Source: an uncultured Nitrososphaerales archaeon (GTDB taxonomy: Archaea; Thermoproteota; Nitrososphaeria; Nitrososphaerales; Gagatemarchaeaceae). From it: a stretch of 64,000 bases of DNA. Positions 29,586 through 39,367 of the stretch are shown in pieces (positions within the stretch are counted from its first letter, which is position 1; every line of letters starts with the position of its first letter). The notes beneath the pieces were generated by a model. The model saw only the letters and a list, made by a program, of their open reading frames with translations. It made no database searches and was not told the origin of the DNA. A program made the translations under genes and the position numbers. The stretch spans positions 896,001 to 960,000 of the forward strand of contig OY970160.1 of assembly GCA_963706445.1 (NCBI GenBank), given 5' to 3'.

Positions 29586-30206
29586 CTATTCCGCCTTTGC
29601 AGGCGCCGGCTTCCTTTCAGGGAACAGGTACAGAGCGAACCCCGCTACTAGGAAAACGAATGCTACGGCCAGCCCGAGTCCGGTGGAACGCTTCCCTATC
29701 TCGTAGAGAGAGGCTGGGACCAGGAGCAACATGACTATGGCCAAGAGCTTGCGATTGCCTCCGAATGCTGAGATTCTGAACTGTGCAGTTATCAGATAGC
29801 TTAGAAGGACGAGCATCGCCGGGAACACGAGCCCGTACCTCCCGATGATGAAGTCAGTCGCCGCCCCTCCCACGTCTGTGAAGCCGTTGGCATAGAGCGC
29901 GCAGATGAAGACCAGAATAAGACTCGCTGTTGCAATGGACTGCAAGGTGCTCCCAAGGGAAACCAGCTTCGCGGGTCGGACTTTCGGATCCGTGCTGTTC
30001 ACCTCGAGCATCAGCCCGAGCATTACCGCCAGGGATCCTATGATGAAGACGTAGGGGTCTCTTGTCACTGTCAGGTACACTGAAGCCGGGAGAAGCGCGG
30101 AGATTCCGTTCTGAATCCAGAGTGCTAGCCCGTAGATTCCGCTCACAAGGAAGGGGACCAGGTAGAGGAGGGTCGAGTAGTCTTCGTAACGTCCCCTAGA
30201 ACTCAT
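29586..30206 (-). CDS. Hypothetical membrane protein
   Basis: About 6 TM segments; ATG at 30206 behind a TTTTAA box. Confidence 0.65.
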   Translation of the reverse strand: MSSRGRYEDYSTLLYLVPFLVSGIYGLALWIQNGISALLPASVYLTVTRDPYVFIIGSLAVMLGLMLEVNSTDPKVRPAKLVSLGSTLQSIATASLILVFICALYANGFTDVGGAATDFIIGRYGLVFPAMLVLLSYLITAQFRISAFGGNRKLLAIVMLLLVPASLYEIGKRSTGLGLAVAFVFLVAGFALYLFPERKPAPAKAE

Positions 30207-30812
30207 TATTCGACTGCACGACCGACTTGGGCTTAAAACCGTTATGGGCGCGGGATATGTCGTCGTTCCACAGGCCCACCCGCTGCTGAGCAGCGACGCT
30301 CGTCCATGACGTGGCCCTCCAAGTCCACTGAGCACTCCACTTTCTAACCTTTTAGTTCTCGTGAAACCCTTGGGGCCAGGCGGCCAGCCGGTTCCTGACG
30401 AAGTGCTAGACGACCAACCTGTCCAAACTCAGAACGCGGAGGAACACTATAGCCGGCAGACGAAGCTTGATTCGCCCCCCGTCAAAGAAGTGAAGTCTCC
30501 CCTCCCTAAGTCTCAAGGTATAGGAACAACCTCAATCGTATCCAAGCCCAAGAAGTCGAAGCGAAGCGGGGGGGTTACCTAGAGTTTGGGCATGGTTGAA
30601 CCAAGAACGGGGAAGGTCAACTCACGGTGCGTGGAACGCACGCTAGAAGTTATCGGGGACGATACAGGGTCTGACGGAAGTACTCTACGGAGCAAGGACG
30701 GCGAAAGAGGTGAAGCGCGCCTCGGATATCTGGGACGCCTGCGAAATCGAAGTCACCCAGGGCCTAGTCTCAGTTGCTAACCCCGAAAAGCTTCTGTTCT
30801 GCCAGCTGCATC

Positions 30813-32030
30813 CTAGCGAATCGTATACAGCACCAACGCGGCCAACGCGAATGGGATTATCGATATCAGGAACGGCACCACAGGAGAGGTGGCGCTGTAG
30901 AGAAAACCGGCGAGCACCTGGGAAGGCAAAGACACCAAGGTCGGGAGGATGCTGAACATGGCAAGGACCTTTCCCCTGTTCCTCTGTTCGATGGCCTCCG
31001 CCTGCAACGTGGAGAGGGATGGCGACTGGAGGGCGGTGGACACCGCACCGGTCACGCCCCACTCGAAGAGCTCATCCATGGTCTTGGCCTGTGTGAACAT
31101 GATGTTGCTCACGGGGGCGGCCACGGACGCCAGGAGTATGCTCTTCTTCGACCCTAGCCTTCTGATCAGGAAGACGACCATCAAGAGGAGGATCACCGTG
31201 GTGGCCCCTGCAAGATCTACCACGACGCTGTAGCCGAGGGCGTCTATCCCGAGATAGTTGACGACGTAGATCGAGATGAATGGGGAGGTGAGCCCGGTCC
31301 CTATCCCCGCCAGGGTGACATAGAGCAGCAGCCGCTTCACCACTGGGCTGGACTCTCTGATGGCCCCTATCCCGTTGACGAACGAGTCTCTGAAGTGGGA
31401 GGAGAGCGACTTCTTTGTCACCAGGGTGTCTCCCGTGTAGGTCTCCTTGAGCTTGAGCGAACGTATGGCCACGCCCAGAATCCCAAATAGGCCGCTCCCC
31501 AGATAGCAGAGCCTCAGACCTGGGGTCACGCCGAACTGGCTGACTAGCAGCCCCCCGATAGTGGGGGCGAAGATGGACGGAATGGTGTTGATGGCGCTGA
31601 AAACTGCGAAGCCCCTGATCCTGTCGTCCGGTGCGATGGAGTCCATCATAATCGAGTTGAAGGCAGGCGTGTAGAAACTGGCGACCGACGCGAGGCTCAG
31701 TGGAAGCAAGATCAGGACCGGGGAGCCGATTACACAGTAGACGAAGGCGCTGGCGACCGAGACCCAGCTGAACAGGATGACGACCTTCCTCCTCCCCCAG
31801 ACGTCGGCTATGTACCCGCCCATGAGTAGGGCAACGACGGTCACCCCGGTCCCGTAGGCGACCAGGAGCCCTATCACGAACGGGGGAGCCCCAAGTGACG
31901 CCCAGTATACCGACTGGTACGGGCTCGCCATGGCAGAGCCGATGGACCACAGGGCCGAGGTCGAGGTGAGTATCCATGCGTTCTGGGGTAGGAAGAAAAA
32001 CCTCCTCAACCCAAAGTTCTGGCTGCCCAC
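30813..32030 (-). CDS. MFS transporter
   Basis: GGYIADVWGRRK motif A; about 12 TM helices. Confidence 0.92.
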   Translation of the reverse strand: MGSQNFGLRRFFFLPQNAWILTSTSALWSIGSAMASPYQSVYWASLGAPPFVIGLLVAYGTGVTVVALLMGGYIADVWGRRKVVILFSWVSVASAFVYCVIGSPVLILLPLSLASVASFYTPAFNSIMMDSIAPDDRIRGFAVFSAINTIPSIFAPTIGGLLVSQFGVTPGLRLCYLGSGLFGILGVAIRSLKLKETYTGDTLVTKKSLSSHFRDSFVNGIGAIRESSPVVKRLLLYVTLAGIGTGLTSPFISIYVVNYLGIDALGYSVVVDLAGATTVILLLMVVFLIRRLGSKKSILLASVAAPVSNIMFTQAKTMDELFEWGVTGAVSTALQSPSLSTLQAEAIEQRNRGKVLAMFSILPTLVSLPSQVLAGFLYSATSPVVPFLISIIPFALAALVLYTIR

Positions 32031-32258
32031 GGCCCGGTCTGCGCAGAGGTCGTGCCTTATGCTTTGGCGGTGTAGTGGAATTCAGTTCCCTGCCTAGGGG
32101 AGTCCGCATCCCACAGAGAATCTCTATTTGACATGTCGGCGCTTAAACATACAAAGCAGTCGACTATGATAATTGCAAACTAGGGAAAGGAGGGGCCTGG
32201 CCACTCCCATCCCTTCGCGATTTCCATTTTAACGAAGGTCTATATCGCAATAATACCG

Positions 32259-33047
32259 TTACGATGACTCGGCTCGGGCGATGGTCTTTCGGCCGAAGGT
32301 GAGGTAAGCCGTGTGCCCCACCATGATGTTGGAGGGCCGCGTCATCCCGACCCTGGCTTCGAGGTGGCGGAGGAGTATCTCCACCGTCTCCAAGGCGACG
32401 AACCCTTCTTCTTTCATCTTGGCCACGAGCCTTTCGGCCTGATTGGTCGTCGGGGTGATGGCAGCCATGGGCGCCGAAGGCTTGAGGCTCGCCTTCATGC
32501 TTGGTATGACCTCCCAAGGGTCTCCGACGTCGAGGATCCCCGCGTCCATGTCAGCCTCCGCAAAGCCCAGCTTGGAGTCCCCCTCTTTGAACGTGACATA
32601 ATTCGACAGCCCCAGCCTTTCGATGTTCTTCTTCGCGACGGCCTGGAATTCGGGGTTCAGATCGTAGGTGAAGACCATGCCTTCGGGCTGGACAAGATGG
32701 GCCAATAGTGCGGTGGTGGCTCCGCTCCCGGTCCCCGTCTCGATTACTCGCGATCCGGAGTGGAAACCGAGCTTCACAACGATCAGGCCCAGGTCCTTGG
32801 GGTAGATGACCTGGGTCTTGCGGGCGAACTTCATCACAAGGTCCTCGATGGTGGGCTTCAGGATCGTCAGCTCGTCCCCCAGGGTGGTGGTCGCGGTTAC
32901 CCCGTACTCGCCCCCGACTAGTGCAGATACGTCAAGGATTCCTAGGTGGGTGTGCAACTTGGGAGTCTCTCGGGGCCTGACGAGCCAACGTCGCCTCCTG
33001 TCGCGATATACCAGGACGAATGAGTCTGCCTCTATCCTTTCTGCCAA
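32259..33047 (-). CDS. trmI: tRNA (adenine-N1)-methyltransferase
   Basis: RKTQVIYPKD, ETGTGSG, LDVGDPW, RPSNIMVGHTAY. Confidence 0.93.
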   Translation of the reverse strand: MAERIEADSFVLVYRDRRRRWLVRPRETPKLHTHLGILDVSALVGGEYGVTATTTLGDELTILKPTIEDLVMKFARKTQVIYPKDLGLIVVKLGFHSGSRVIETGTGSGATTALLAHLVQPEGMVFTYDLNPEFQAVAKKNIERLGLSNYVTFKEGDSKLGFAEADMDAGILDVGDPWEVIPSMKASLKPSAPMAAITPTTNQAERLVAKMKEEGFVALETVEILLRHLEARVGMTRPSNIMVGHTAYLTFGRKTIARAESS

Positions 33048-33050
33048 CGG

Positions 33051-33875
33051 CTAGGCCTCCGTCCAGGTAACATCACCGCCGCTGAGCTTGACCCTGCCAG
33101 CCGGCATGTGGCCCGAGAAGATCAGGGCCGACTCCATCGAAGCACGTTCAAGGAACTCCTTCCGTACCCTCAACAGTTGCGGCGCGTCGGTCCAAACAGC
33201 GGCCATCTCTGGTCTTACGACTTCCTCCCTCATGTGAAACAGGTCTCCGACGATGTACCCCCTGTCGTCCTTGGGGCCGATGGAGACGATCTGATGCCCG
33301 GGACTCTCACCGGGGGCAGGCTCCACGACGACGTCCCTCGCGACATCGACTCTGCCATCCACAAGTTCCATCAGACCTGCCTTGTAAACGAGACCGAGTG
33401 TCTCCGCGAAGTCTTTGTCCCCTTTCGCCCTCGCCTCCGCGATGTCAGCCATTTCCCAATCCTTTGCTGGGATTAGGTGTCTAGCGTTCGGGAAGGTGGG
33501 GACCATTTTGCCTCCGTCGGAAAGGGTCACCCCGATGAAGTGGTCGTAGTGGAGGTGGGTCACCACCACATGCGTCACCTCTTCGCGCTTGATCCCAGCC
33601 TCCGCCAGCTGTGTGGGCAGGGGCACCGGATTCGGCATGGCACCCTTCTCTTCCCCGGAGGAGGCTGTCAGCCTCGCATGGTCCCCGGGGTCTACTAGGA
33701 TCTTTGCCTTCCCCGAAGTCACGAAGAACGAATTGCTTGCGTAATAGACTGGCGCCGCAAGCGCGTCCTGCTTGAAATAGTCAGAGGTCTTGTCTCCGAA
33801 GATCTCAATCAGCTTGATGGGGAAGTCCCCGTTGTTGAAGACTGAGACTTCGGCGCTTCCGAACCTGAGGGTCAG
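33051..33875 (-). CDS. MBL-fold metallo-hydrolase; reading frame opens at CTG 33875
   Basis: THLHYDH, PGESPGH, VGDL, SGH; upstream in-frame LTLRFGSAEVSVFNNGD resembles the usual N-terminus of this family. Confidence 0.8.
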   Translation of the reverse strand: MTLRFGSAEVSVFNNGDFPIKLIEIFGDKTSDYFKQDALAAPVYYASNSFFVTSGKAKILVDPGDHARLTASSGEEKGAMPNPVPLPTQLAEAGIKREEVTHVVVTHLHYDHFIGVTLSDGGKMVPTFPNARHLIPAKDWEMADIAEARAKGDKDFAETLGLVYKAGLMELVDGRVDVARDVVVEPAPGESPGHQIVSIGPKDDRGYIVGDLFHMREEVVRPEMAAVWTDAPQLLRVRKEFLERASMESALIFSGHMPAGRVKLSGGDVTWTEA

Positions 33876-34433
33876 CTAGGCCCGCCACCAGTCGTACCTG
33901 AGGAAGTCTATGGACCTGTTCTCTTTGTCTGATATCGCAATAATGAACTGCTTCCTCACGGTGGTGGCCAGGCGCCCCGACCTTACCATTGAAGTGGCGG
34001 TCATCTTGGACTCCGGGGAGACCACCTGGACGATGTAGGGGGCGTGGTCGATCCCCGGCCCATGCTCGTATACCGCGAAGTCCGAGCCGAACTTTATCCC
34101 AGGCGTGACCACAAAGCCGTCCTCCCTGAGCTTCCTATAGACGAGGAACTTCTCCTCGAAGTCGTTGTAGGAAGACTTGCATATCTCGTGTAACTGCTTC
34201 AGGGAAAGTTCCCTGCCATCCTGGTCCTCAACGTCCACCACCTTCTTGGTGACCAGGTAGTACCCCTCCATCAGGTCAAGGATCAGGGGGGCGTCGAACT
34301 CGAAATCTCTCGGCTTCGGGATGCCGAGGGGCTTGCCGTAGTACCCCTCCTTGAAAAGCCGCCGGGAGGCTTCCTTGTCCCAGACAACTATTCGGTTCTC
34401 GAAGAGCTTTCCCTTGGCCTTGTGCTTCGGCAT
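33876..34433 (-). CDS. endA: tRNA-intron lyase (splicing endonuclease), catalytic subunit
   Basis: GIKFGSDFAVY..GPGIDHAPY...RLATTVRK (Tyr/His/Lys triad). Confidence 0.93.
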   Translation of the reverse strand: MPKHKAKGKLFENRIVVWDKEASRRLFKEGYYGKPLGIPKPRDFEFDAPLILDLMEGYYLVTKKVVDVEDQDGRELSLKQLHEICKSSYNDFEEKFLVYRKLREDGFVVTPGIKFGSDFAVYEHGPGIDHAPYIVQVVSPESKMTATSMVRSGRLATTVRKQFIIAISDKENRSIDFLRYDWWRA

Positions 34434-34435
34434 GA

Positions 34436-35107
34436 CTACATGCCCAGGGCGAGGATGGTACCTGCATCGGACGCGTCGAGCATCGCATCTGCGCAGTCTT
34501 CGATGGACTCGACTACTTCCTTAACGGTGATGAGCTCCTTCACGTTGGTCGCCGTCTTCATCACCATGGCCACGGCCTCGCGATAATTATTGTCAATGGA
34601 ACTTTCGATACGCTGAACCTGGGCCGCCATCTGGATCGACTGGTCGGGGTTGATGGAAAGGGCGCGGATGCTTTCGTTCAGCTTCGAGATCCCGTCAATG
34701 AGCAGACCCAGTAGCGATGTGATGGCGTCCTTGTACTTCCTATTCCTGACTGAAGACTTTGTCAGCTGAGACATCTTGAAGGCGACCCCGTTGATGTGCC
34801 CGAAGATGTCCTCGACGGCGAACGCCGCCCTTAGAAGGTCTTCCCTGTTGACCAGTAGCGTCCCGACCTGACCTAATTCGCGTATGAGCGCGGTCCTTAG
34901 GGTCATGACGTCCTCCTCGGCACGCTTGACCCTCTCGAGGGCAGCCCCCACCTCGTTCTTATCTCCCTTGTTGAGCCCATTGAACTCGTCGAGCAGGACC
35001 CTCGTAGCATCTAGGACCCTCCGCATTTCGTCCTGGAGGACTACAATCGTACGCCTTCTTGCCTGCGTTTCCCCTTCTTGTCCCGACACTCTGAGCGCTC
35101 GCTCCAA
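34436..35107 (-). CDS. DUF47/PhoU-like phosphate transport regulator
   Basis: Helical protein with NREDLLR and IEDCAD motifs. Confidence 0.75.
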   Translation of the reverse strand: MERALRVSGQEGETQARRRTIVVLQDEMRRVLDATRVLLDEFNGLNKGDKNEVGAALERVKRAEEDVMTLRTALIRELGQVGTLLVNREDLLRAAFAVEDIFGHINGVAFKMSQLTKSSVRNRKYKDAITSLLGLLIDGISKLNESIRALSINPDQSIQMAAQVQRIESSIDNNYREAVAMVMKTATNVKELITVKEVVESIEDCADAMLDASDAGTILALGM

Positions 35108-35189
35108 CCCATGAAATGGATTGGATTTAAAACAGTGGGACTAATCGGCGAAGTTCATGGAAGAAGTGGGGGCTTTCGACCCCGTTCTT

Positions 35190-36095
35190 CTATTTCTTCT
35201 CGCTTTCCTTGGCGTAGTCTCTCAGTGGGGCGAGGAGGTTGGTGAACTCCATCGGGAAGATGTACTTCGTCGATGGGGAAGCGCCCAGCGCCTTCAGGGT
35301 GTCCAGATACTGGAGCGTCATGGTCTTGGAGTCGATCCCCTTGGCCGCGGAGAATATCTGGTTGAGCGCGCCCGCATATCCTTCAGCCCTGAGCACCGCT
35401 GCCTGCTTGTCTCCTTCGGCTCTCAGGATGTTGGACTTCTTCTCTCCTTCAGCCACGAGAATCGAGGCCTCTCTCTTGCCGTCCGCCTCGGTGACCGTCG
35501 CCCTTCTGGTCCTCTCCGCCGACATCTGGCGGACCATCGCCTCCTGAACGTCCTGAGGCGGCCTGATCTCCCTGATCTCGACGTTCGTCACCTTGATGCC
35601 CCACCGCTCCGTAACTTCGTCGAGCTTCGTCCTGAGCACCTGGTTGATCTGTTCCCTCTTCGCGAGAAGTTCGTCGAGGGGGATGTCACCCACGACTGCC
35701 CTGAGGGTCGTTGTGGCGATTCCTATGGACGCACCCTCGAAGTTCTGTACCTGGACGATGCTCTGCGTCGCTTCGGTCACCTTGTAATAGATCAAGAAGT
35801 CGATGTCGGTCGGAGCGTTGTCCTTTGTGATGCAGGTCTGGTGAGGGACCTCAAGGTACCGCTCTCTGAGGTCGACCTTGTTGATACGGTTGACGAGGGG
35901 TATGATGAATACGACGCCTGGACCGGCGGCTCCCTTCAGGCGTCCGAGTCTGAATACCACGAGCCTTTCGTATTCCCTGATTATCTTGATCGTCGCCGCG
36001 ATGAAGCCGATGACGATGATCGCCACAATCCCGTATATGGCATAGCTGATTAGATCTGCCGTGGTTTGGAGGGCGATCGGACCTAGGAGGCTCAT
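35190..36095 (-). CDS. SPFH/stomatin-like protein
   Basis: EYERLVVFRLG, ITKDN, TTLRAVVG, WGIKVTNVEI. Confidence 0.95.
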   Translation of the reverse strand: MSLLGPIALQTTADLISYAIYGIVAIIVIGFIAATIKIIREYERLVVFRLGRLKGAAGPGVVFIIPLVNRINKVDLRERYLEVPHQTCITKDNAPTDIDFLIYYKVTEATQSIVQVQNFEGASIGIATTTLRAVVGDIPLDELLAKREQINQVLRTKLDEVTERWGIKVTNVEIREIRPPQDVQEAMVRQMSAERTRRATVTEADGKREASILVAEGEKKSNILRAEGDKQAAVLRAEGYAGALNQIFSAAKGIDSKTMTLQYLDTLKALGASPSTKYIFPMEFTNLLAPLRDYAKESEKK

Positions 36096-37438
36096 TTCTC
36101 TAGCTTCTCTACCGCGAGTGTCTGCCCGTGTACTTCTTTAACTATTACCGGGTCCCCGCGCTGAAGATTTTGGGAAGAAGTCACGGTCCATTCCTCCGAG
36201 GATATCATGGCTACGCCTTTGCCCCCTGGGGTAAGGTCGGATTCCATGCGGCCTTCTCGGCCGATTAGCACCGCAGGGTCGTTGACCTTCGGTATCTTCT
36301 TCAGGGCCTCGCGGATGGACCTGAGGTACACGCTGCCTATGATAATGGTGGCGCCTAGCGCGACGAGGAGGGCGTAGGTGATGTCGGGGATGCCCGAGAA
36401 GCTCGCGGGCTGCTGCGGGATGGGGTTGGTCGGGGAGGGAGCAGATGAGGTGGCTGGCGGGAACTGGAAGATTAGCAGGAACCCCACCACAAAGATGACC
36501 ACGCCGACTGTGGCGCTTATGCCGTGGGCTGTTTTCACCTCCAGGAAGATGAAAGCGACTCCTATGATCATGAGTATCACCGCGAGAGGAGAAGCGCCGA
36601 AGGCCCCGAGGCCGAAGAGAGCCGCCGCGATTACGGCCACCCCTACCACCGACAGGATGATTGTGGGGTGGAATATGTCAGCAAAGACGAAGAAAATCCC
36701 CAAAAGGAACAGGAGGCTGGAGACGTTGGGGTTGCTCAGGATCGAGATAAGTGAAGACCCAATGCCCGGGGCGTTGATCGGAGTGTTCGCCGGGACCCCC
36801 AGATAGATCAACGCGCCCTGAACGGATGACGAATTGATGATTCCGTTGATGACGTGATACTTCAACGCAACGTCAGAAGTATAGGATACTCCGCCGGTCA
36901 CCATGAGTCCGGTGGCAGTGAAGTTCCTACCGTTCGACTGGGTCAAGGACATCATGTACTGCGAGAAGGCGTTGATGTCCTTCGTCATCGTGGAATTCTC
37001 CTCTCCGGTGGGGATGCCTGACACTATGGGGGTGGCGGACCCTATGGTCGTGCCGGGCTCCATGTAGATCTGGTTGGACGACTCGGCGATGTATGACCCT
37101 GCGGAGAATGCGTAGGACCCCGTCGGCGCCACGACCGTCGAGAAGTTCCCTCCCCACTGCTGGTAGCTCGTGATGGAGGAGATCATCGACTCCATGCTCG
37201 CGCCATCTCCGCCGTTTGTTACGAGGATGAATACGATGTTGGTGGCACAGACTGACTCTGCGTTGCTGACTGTGGTAGCCATGAAGTCGGCGGTGCCCGG
37301 GTCGATGTCGGCGTTCAGCGAAGCCACATAGAAGCCCCCTTTCGTCGCACAGCTTGTAGACTGGGCATGGGCGGGGGCGAGCTGGGCAGCGAAGACGAGC
37401 AGCAGGGCAACTGCGAGGACCAGCCTGAGACTCTTCAA
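36092..37438 (-). CDS. nfeD: NfeD family membrane-bound serine protease
   Basis: AFSAGSYI...PGTTIGSATP ClpP-like domain, TM region and C-terminal OB fold; paired with the SPFH gene. Confidence 0.9.
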   Translation of the reverse strand: MKSLRLVLAVALLLVFAAQLAPAHAQSTSCATKGGFYVASLNADIDPGTADFMATTVSNAESVCATNIVFILVTNGGDGASMESMISSITSYQQWGGNFSTVVAPTGSYAFSAGSYIAESSNQIYMEPGTTIGSATPIVSGIPTGEENSTMTKDINAFSQYMMSLTQSNGRNFTATGLMVTGGVSYTSDVALKYHVINGIINSSSVQGALIYLGVPANTPINAPGIGSSLISILSNPNVSSLLFLLGIFFVFADIFHPTIILSVVGVAVIAAALFGLGAFGASPLAVILMIIGVAFIFLEVKTAHGISATVGVVIFVVGFLLIFQFPPATSSAPSPTNPIPQQPASFSGIPDITYALLVALGATIIIGSVYLRSIREALKKIPKVNDPAVLIGREGRMESDLTPGGKGVAMISSEEWTVTSSQNLQRGDPVIVKEVHGQTLAVEKLEK

Positions 37439-37584
37439 GAGGTTGCTGAGAACCTACCACCGTATCATAAATACTATCTCCCTGACCAATGGAACCGTAA
37501 TCTCAAACCGTCGCCAGTTCGTTTTTCATGACTGCCTAATACCCTTACATACTTACCGAGAGCGCCCCAATCCAAGCAGGCAAG

Positions 37585-38229
37585 ATGAAGCCCAAGGTCC
37601 TTGTGATGAACCATCCGATGGTGATGGAACAGCTCGCTCTGGTCAGAGACAAGCGCACCAACCAGGTGGCTTTCAGGAAGGCGATCTACAGGCTCGGGAG
37701 GTTCATGGCATACGAATTCCTTAGGACCATGGACACCCAGATGTTCGAGGTTGAGACCCCGCTAGGCCCCTCCAAGGGGTGGCGCATAAAGGGGAACGAC
37801 AAGATAGTGATAATCCTCGTCCTAAGGGCTGCGATACCATTTGTCGAGGGGATGTACAAGAACTTCCCCATGGCCAGGACAGGGGTCATCAGCGCCTGGC
37901 GGGGGAAGGCGCCAGACTTCCCAATAGAGGTAAACTACACGAAGATACCCAAGATTGGCAGCGACGACGTGGTCGTAATAGCTGATCCCATGCTTGCGAC
38001 GGGTCACACGCTCCGCGAGGTCGCCAAGAAGGTGGTCAAGGAAGGCAGGCCCAAACGCCTAGCCTTTTTCTCGGTCATCTCGACGAAGCAGGGGATTGAG
38101 TACGTGGCTAAGAGCTTCCCCCGTGCCGAATTCTATACCTGCGCCATAGACCCGATTCTCAATGACCATGGGTACATCGTGCCTGGGCTCGGAGACGCGG
38201 GAGACAGGTCTTTCGGCGCCCCTAACTGA
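37585..38229 (+). CDS. upp: Uracil phosphoribosyltransferase
   Basis: VLRAA, ADPMLATG, GYIVPGLGDAGDR. Confidence 0.96.
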   Translation: MKPKVLVMNHPMVMEQLALVRDKRTNQVAFRKAIYRLGRFMAYEFLRTMDTQMFEVETPLGPSKGWRIKGNDKIVIILVLRAAIPFVEGMYKNFPMARTGVISAWRGKAPDFPIEVNYTKIPKIGSDDVVVIADPMLATGHTLREVAKKVVKEGRPKRLAFFSVISTKQGIEYVAKSFPRAEFYTCAIDPILNDHGYIVPGLGDAGDRSFGAPN

Positions 38230-38326
38230 GAGAGCCCCGACATCTTCGTCTTTCGGCGCAGTCCGCTTCGAGAGGATAAACCCTGTCTATTGTGGTTACA
38301 CGGACAGTAAGGAAGTTTTGAAGCGG

Positions 38327-39286
38327 TTAGGCGACGGTCATCGACACGAGCTGGAAGGTGTCTTCGAAACTGCCCGAGCTGTCTGTGCCCGCGATGTGCA
38401 GATACGTAATGAATTGGAGGGTGGTGCCCGGAGGAGTCCCGACTCCAAGTGTGTACGCATTGAGGGTGGTACTCACGCCACATTCGTTGATTGTCTCAGG
38501 AATGGTGTTCGCTTCGTATGTCGTGACTGAGAAGGTGGTCGTCCCAAACGTCGCGGGGGCAGTCCCCGTAGCGTGGAAGAAGCTTGAGCTTGTGTACAGA
38601 TTGAGTGCGCCCCCGTACGTGTATTCTAGTCCGAACAACGCGAAGATGTCGTCGAATTCAGTTTTTGCCTGGCTTCCGGTGATTGTGTATCCAGTGATGG
38701 TGGCGGACAGGACAGTGTCGTTGTTGGTGTCAACCTGGAAGGAAAAGCTGACGCTCTGACTTGCCGACCCACTGGTGATGCTGACATTGTATATTCCGCC
38801 GGCCGTGCTTGTAACCATATAACTAAACGACTCGCTGGAAGCGGTTCCGTTATATGATCCAGTGATATTGAAATTCATCGCACTGAACTGCTGGATTGTC
38901 GCGATGTACTGAGGAGTGTAATCTACAGCGACCCCGGTGGTCGTTGTGGAGGTCGAGGAGCACGAAAAGGTCGTCTGTGTTGTTCCAGTGCTTGATTGAC
39001 TGCTCGTTGTAGTACCGGTCGGAGAACTCGTGGTCGTTGGAATCGAGCTGGTTGTCTGTTCAGTTGTGGGCGTGGTAGTCGGCGTGGTGGTCGAACTGGA
39101 TAGTGTTGAAGTTTGCGAAGATGTAGGGGACGACTGCTGCGTTGAAGTCGAAGTCTGGCTCGAGGCTGACGAGCCTGAGGAGCCGCTGGTAGCGACGTAA
39201 TAGACCCCGACGCCGGCCACTACGATTATGATAACAATTACGGCGAGAATGACAGGAGCTACTGCGGTCCTGCTCTGAAGCTTCAT
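38327..39286 (-). CDS. Secreted/membrane-anchored S/T-rich hypothetical protein
   Basis: N-terminal basic plus hydrophobic leader, long Ser/Thr linker, beta-rich C-terminal domain. Confidence 0.75.
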   Translation of the reverse strand: MKLQSRTAVAPVILAVIVIIIVVAGVGVYYVATSGSSGSSASSQTSTSTQQSSPTSSQTSTLSSSTTTPTTTPTTEQTTSSIPTTTSSPTGTTTSSQSSTGTTQTTFSCSSTSTTTTGVAVDYTPQYIATIQQFSAMNFNITGSYNGTASSESFSYMVTSTAGGIYNVSITSGSASQSVSFSFQVDTNNDTVLSATITGYTITGSQAKTEFDDIFALFGLEYTYGGALNLYTSSSFFHATGTAPATFGTTTFSVTTYEANTIPETINECGVSTTLNAYTLGVGTPPGTTLQFITYLHIAGTDSSGSFEDTFQLVSMTVA

Positions 39287-39367
39287 AAGAAACCCAACCT
39301 GTTAGGCTACTTAAGCGTTGAAGGAGACAGGCCCGTTGCCCTTACCGTCTGGGTGATCATGTGGCCG

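Noticed and set aside
38930-39200. Repetitive-looking DNA as a tandem repeat or CRISPR array
   Set aside because: It encodes a Ser/Thr-rich linker with no fixed repeat-spacer period.
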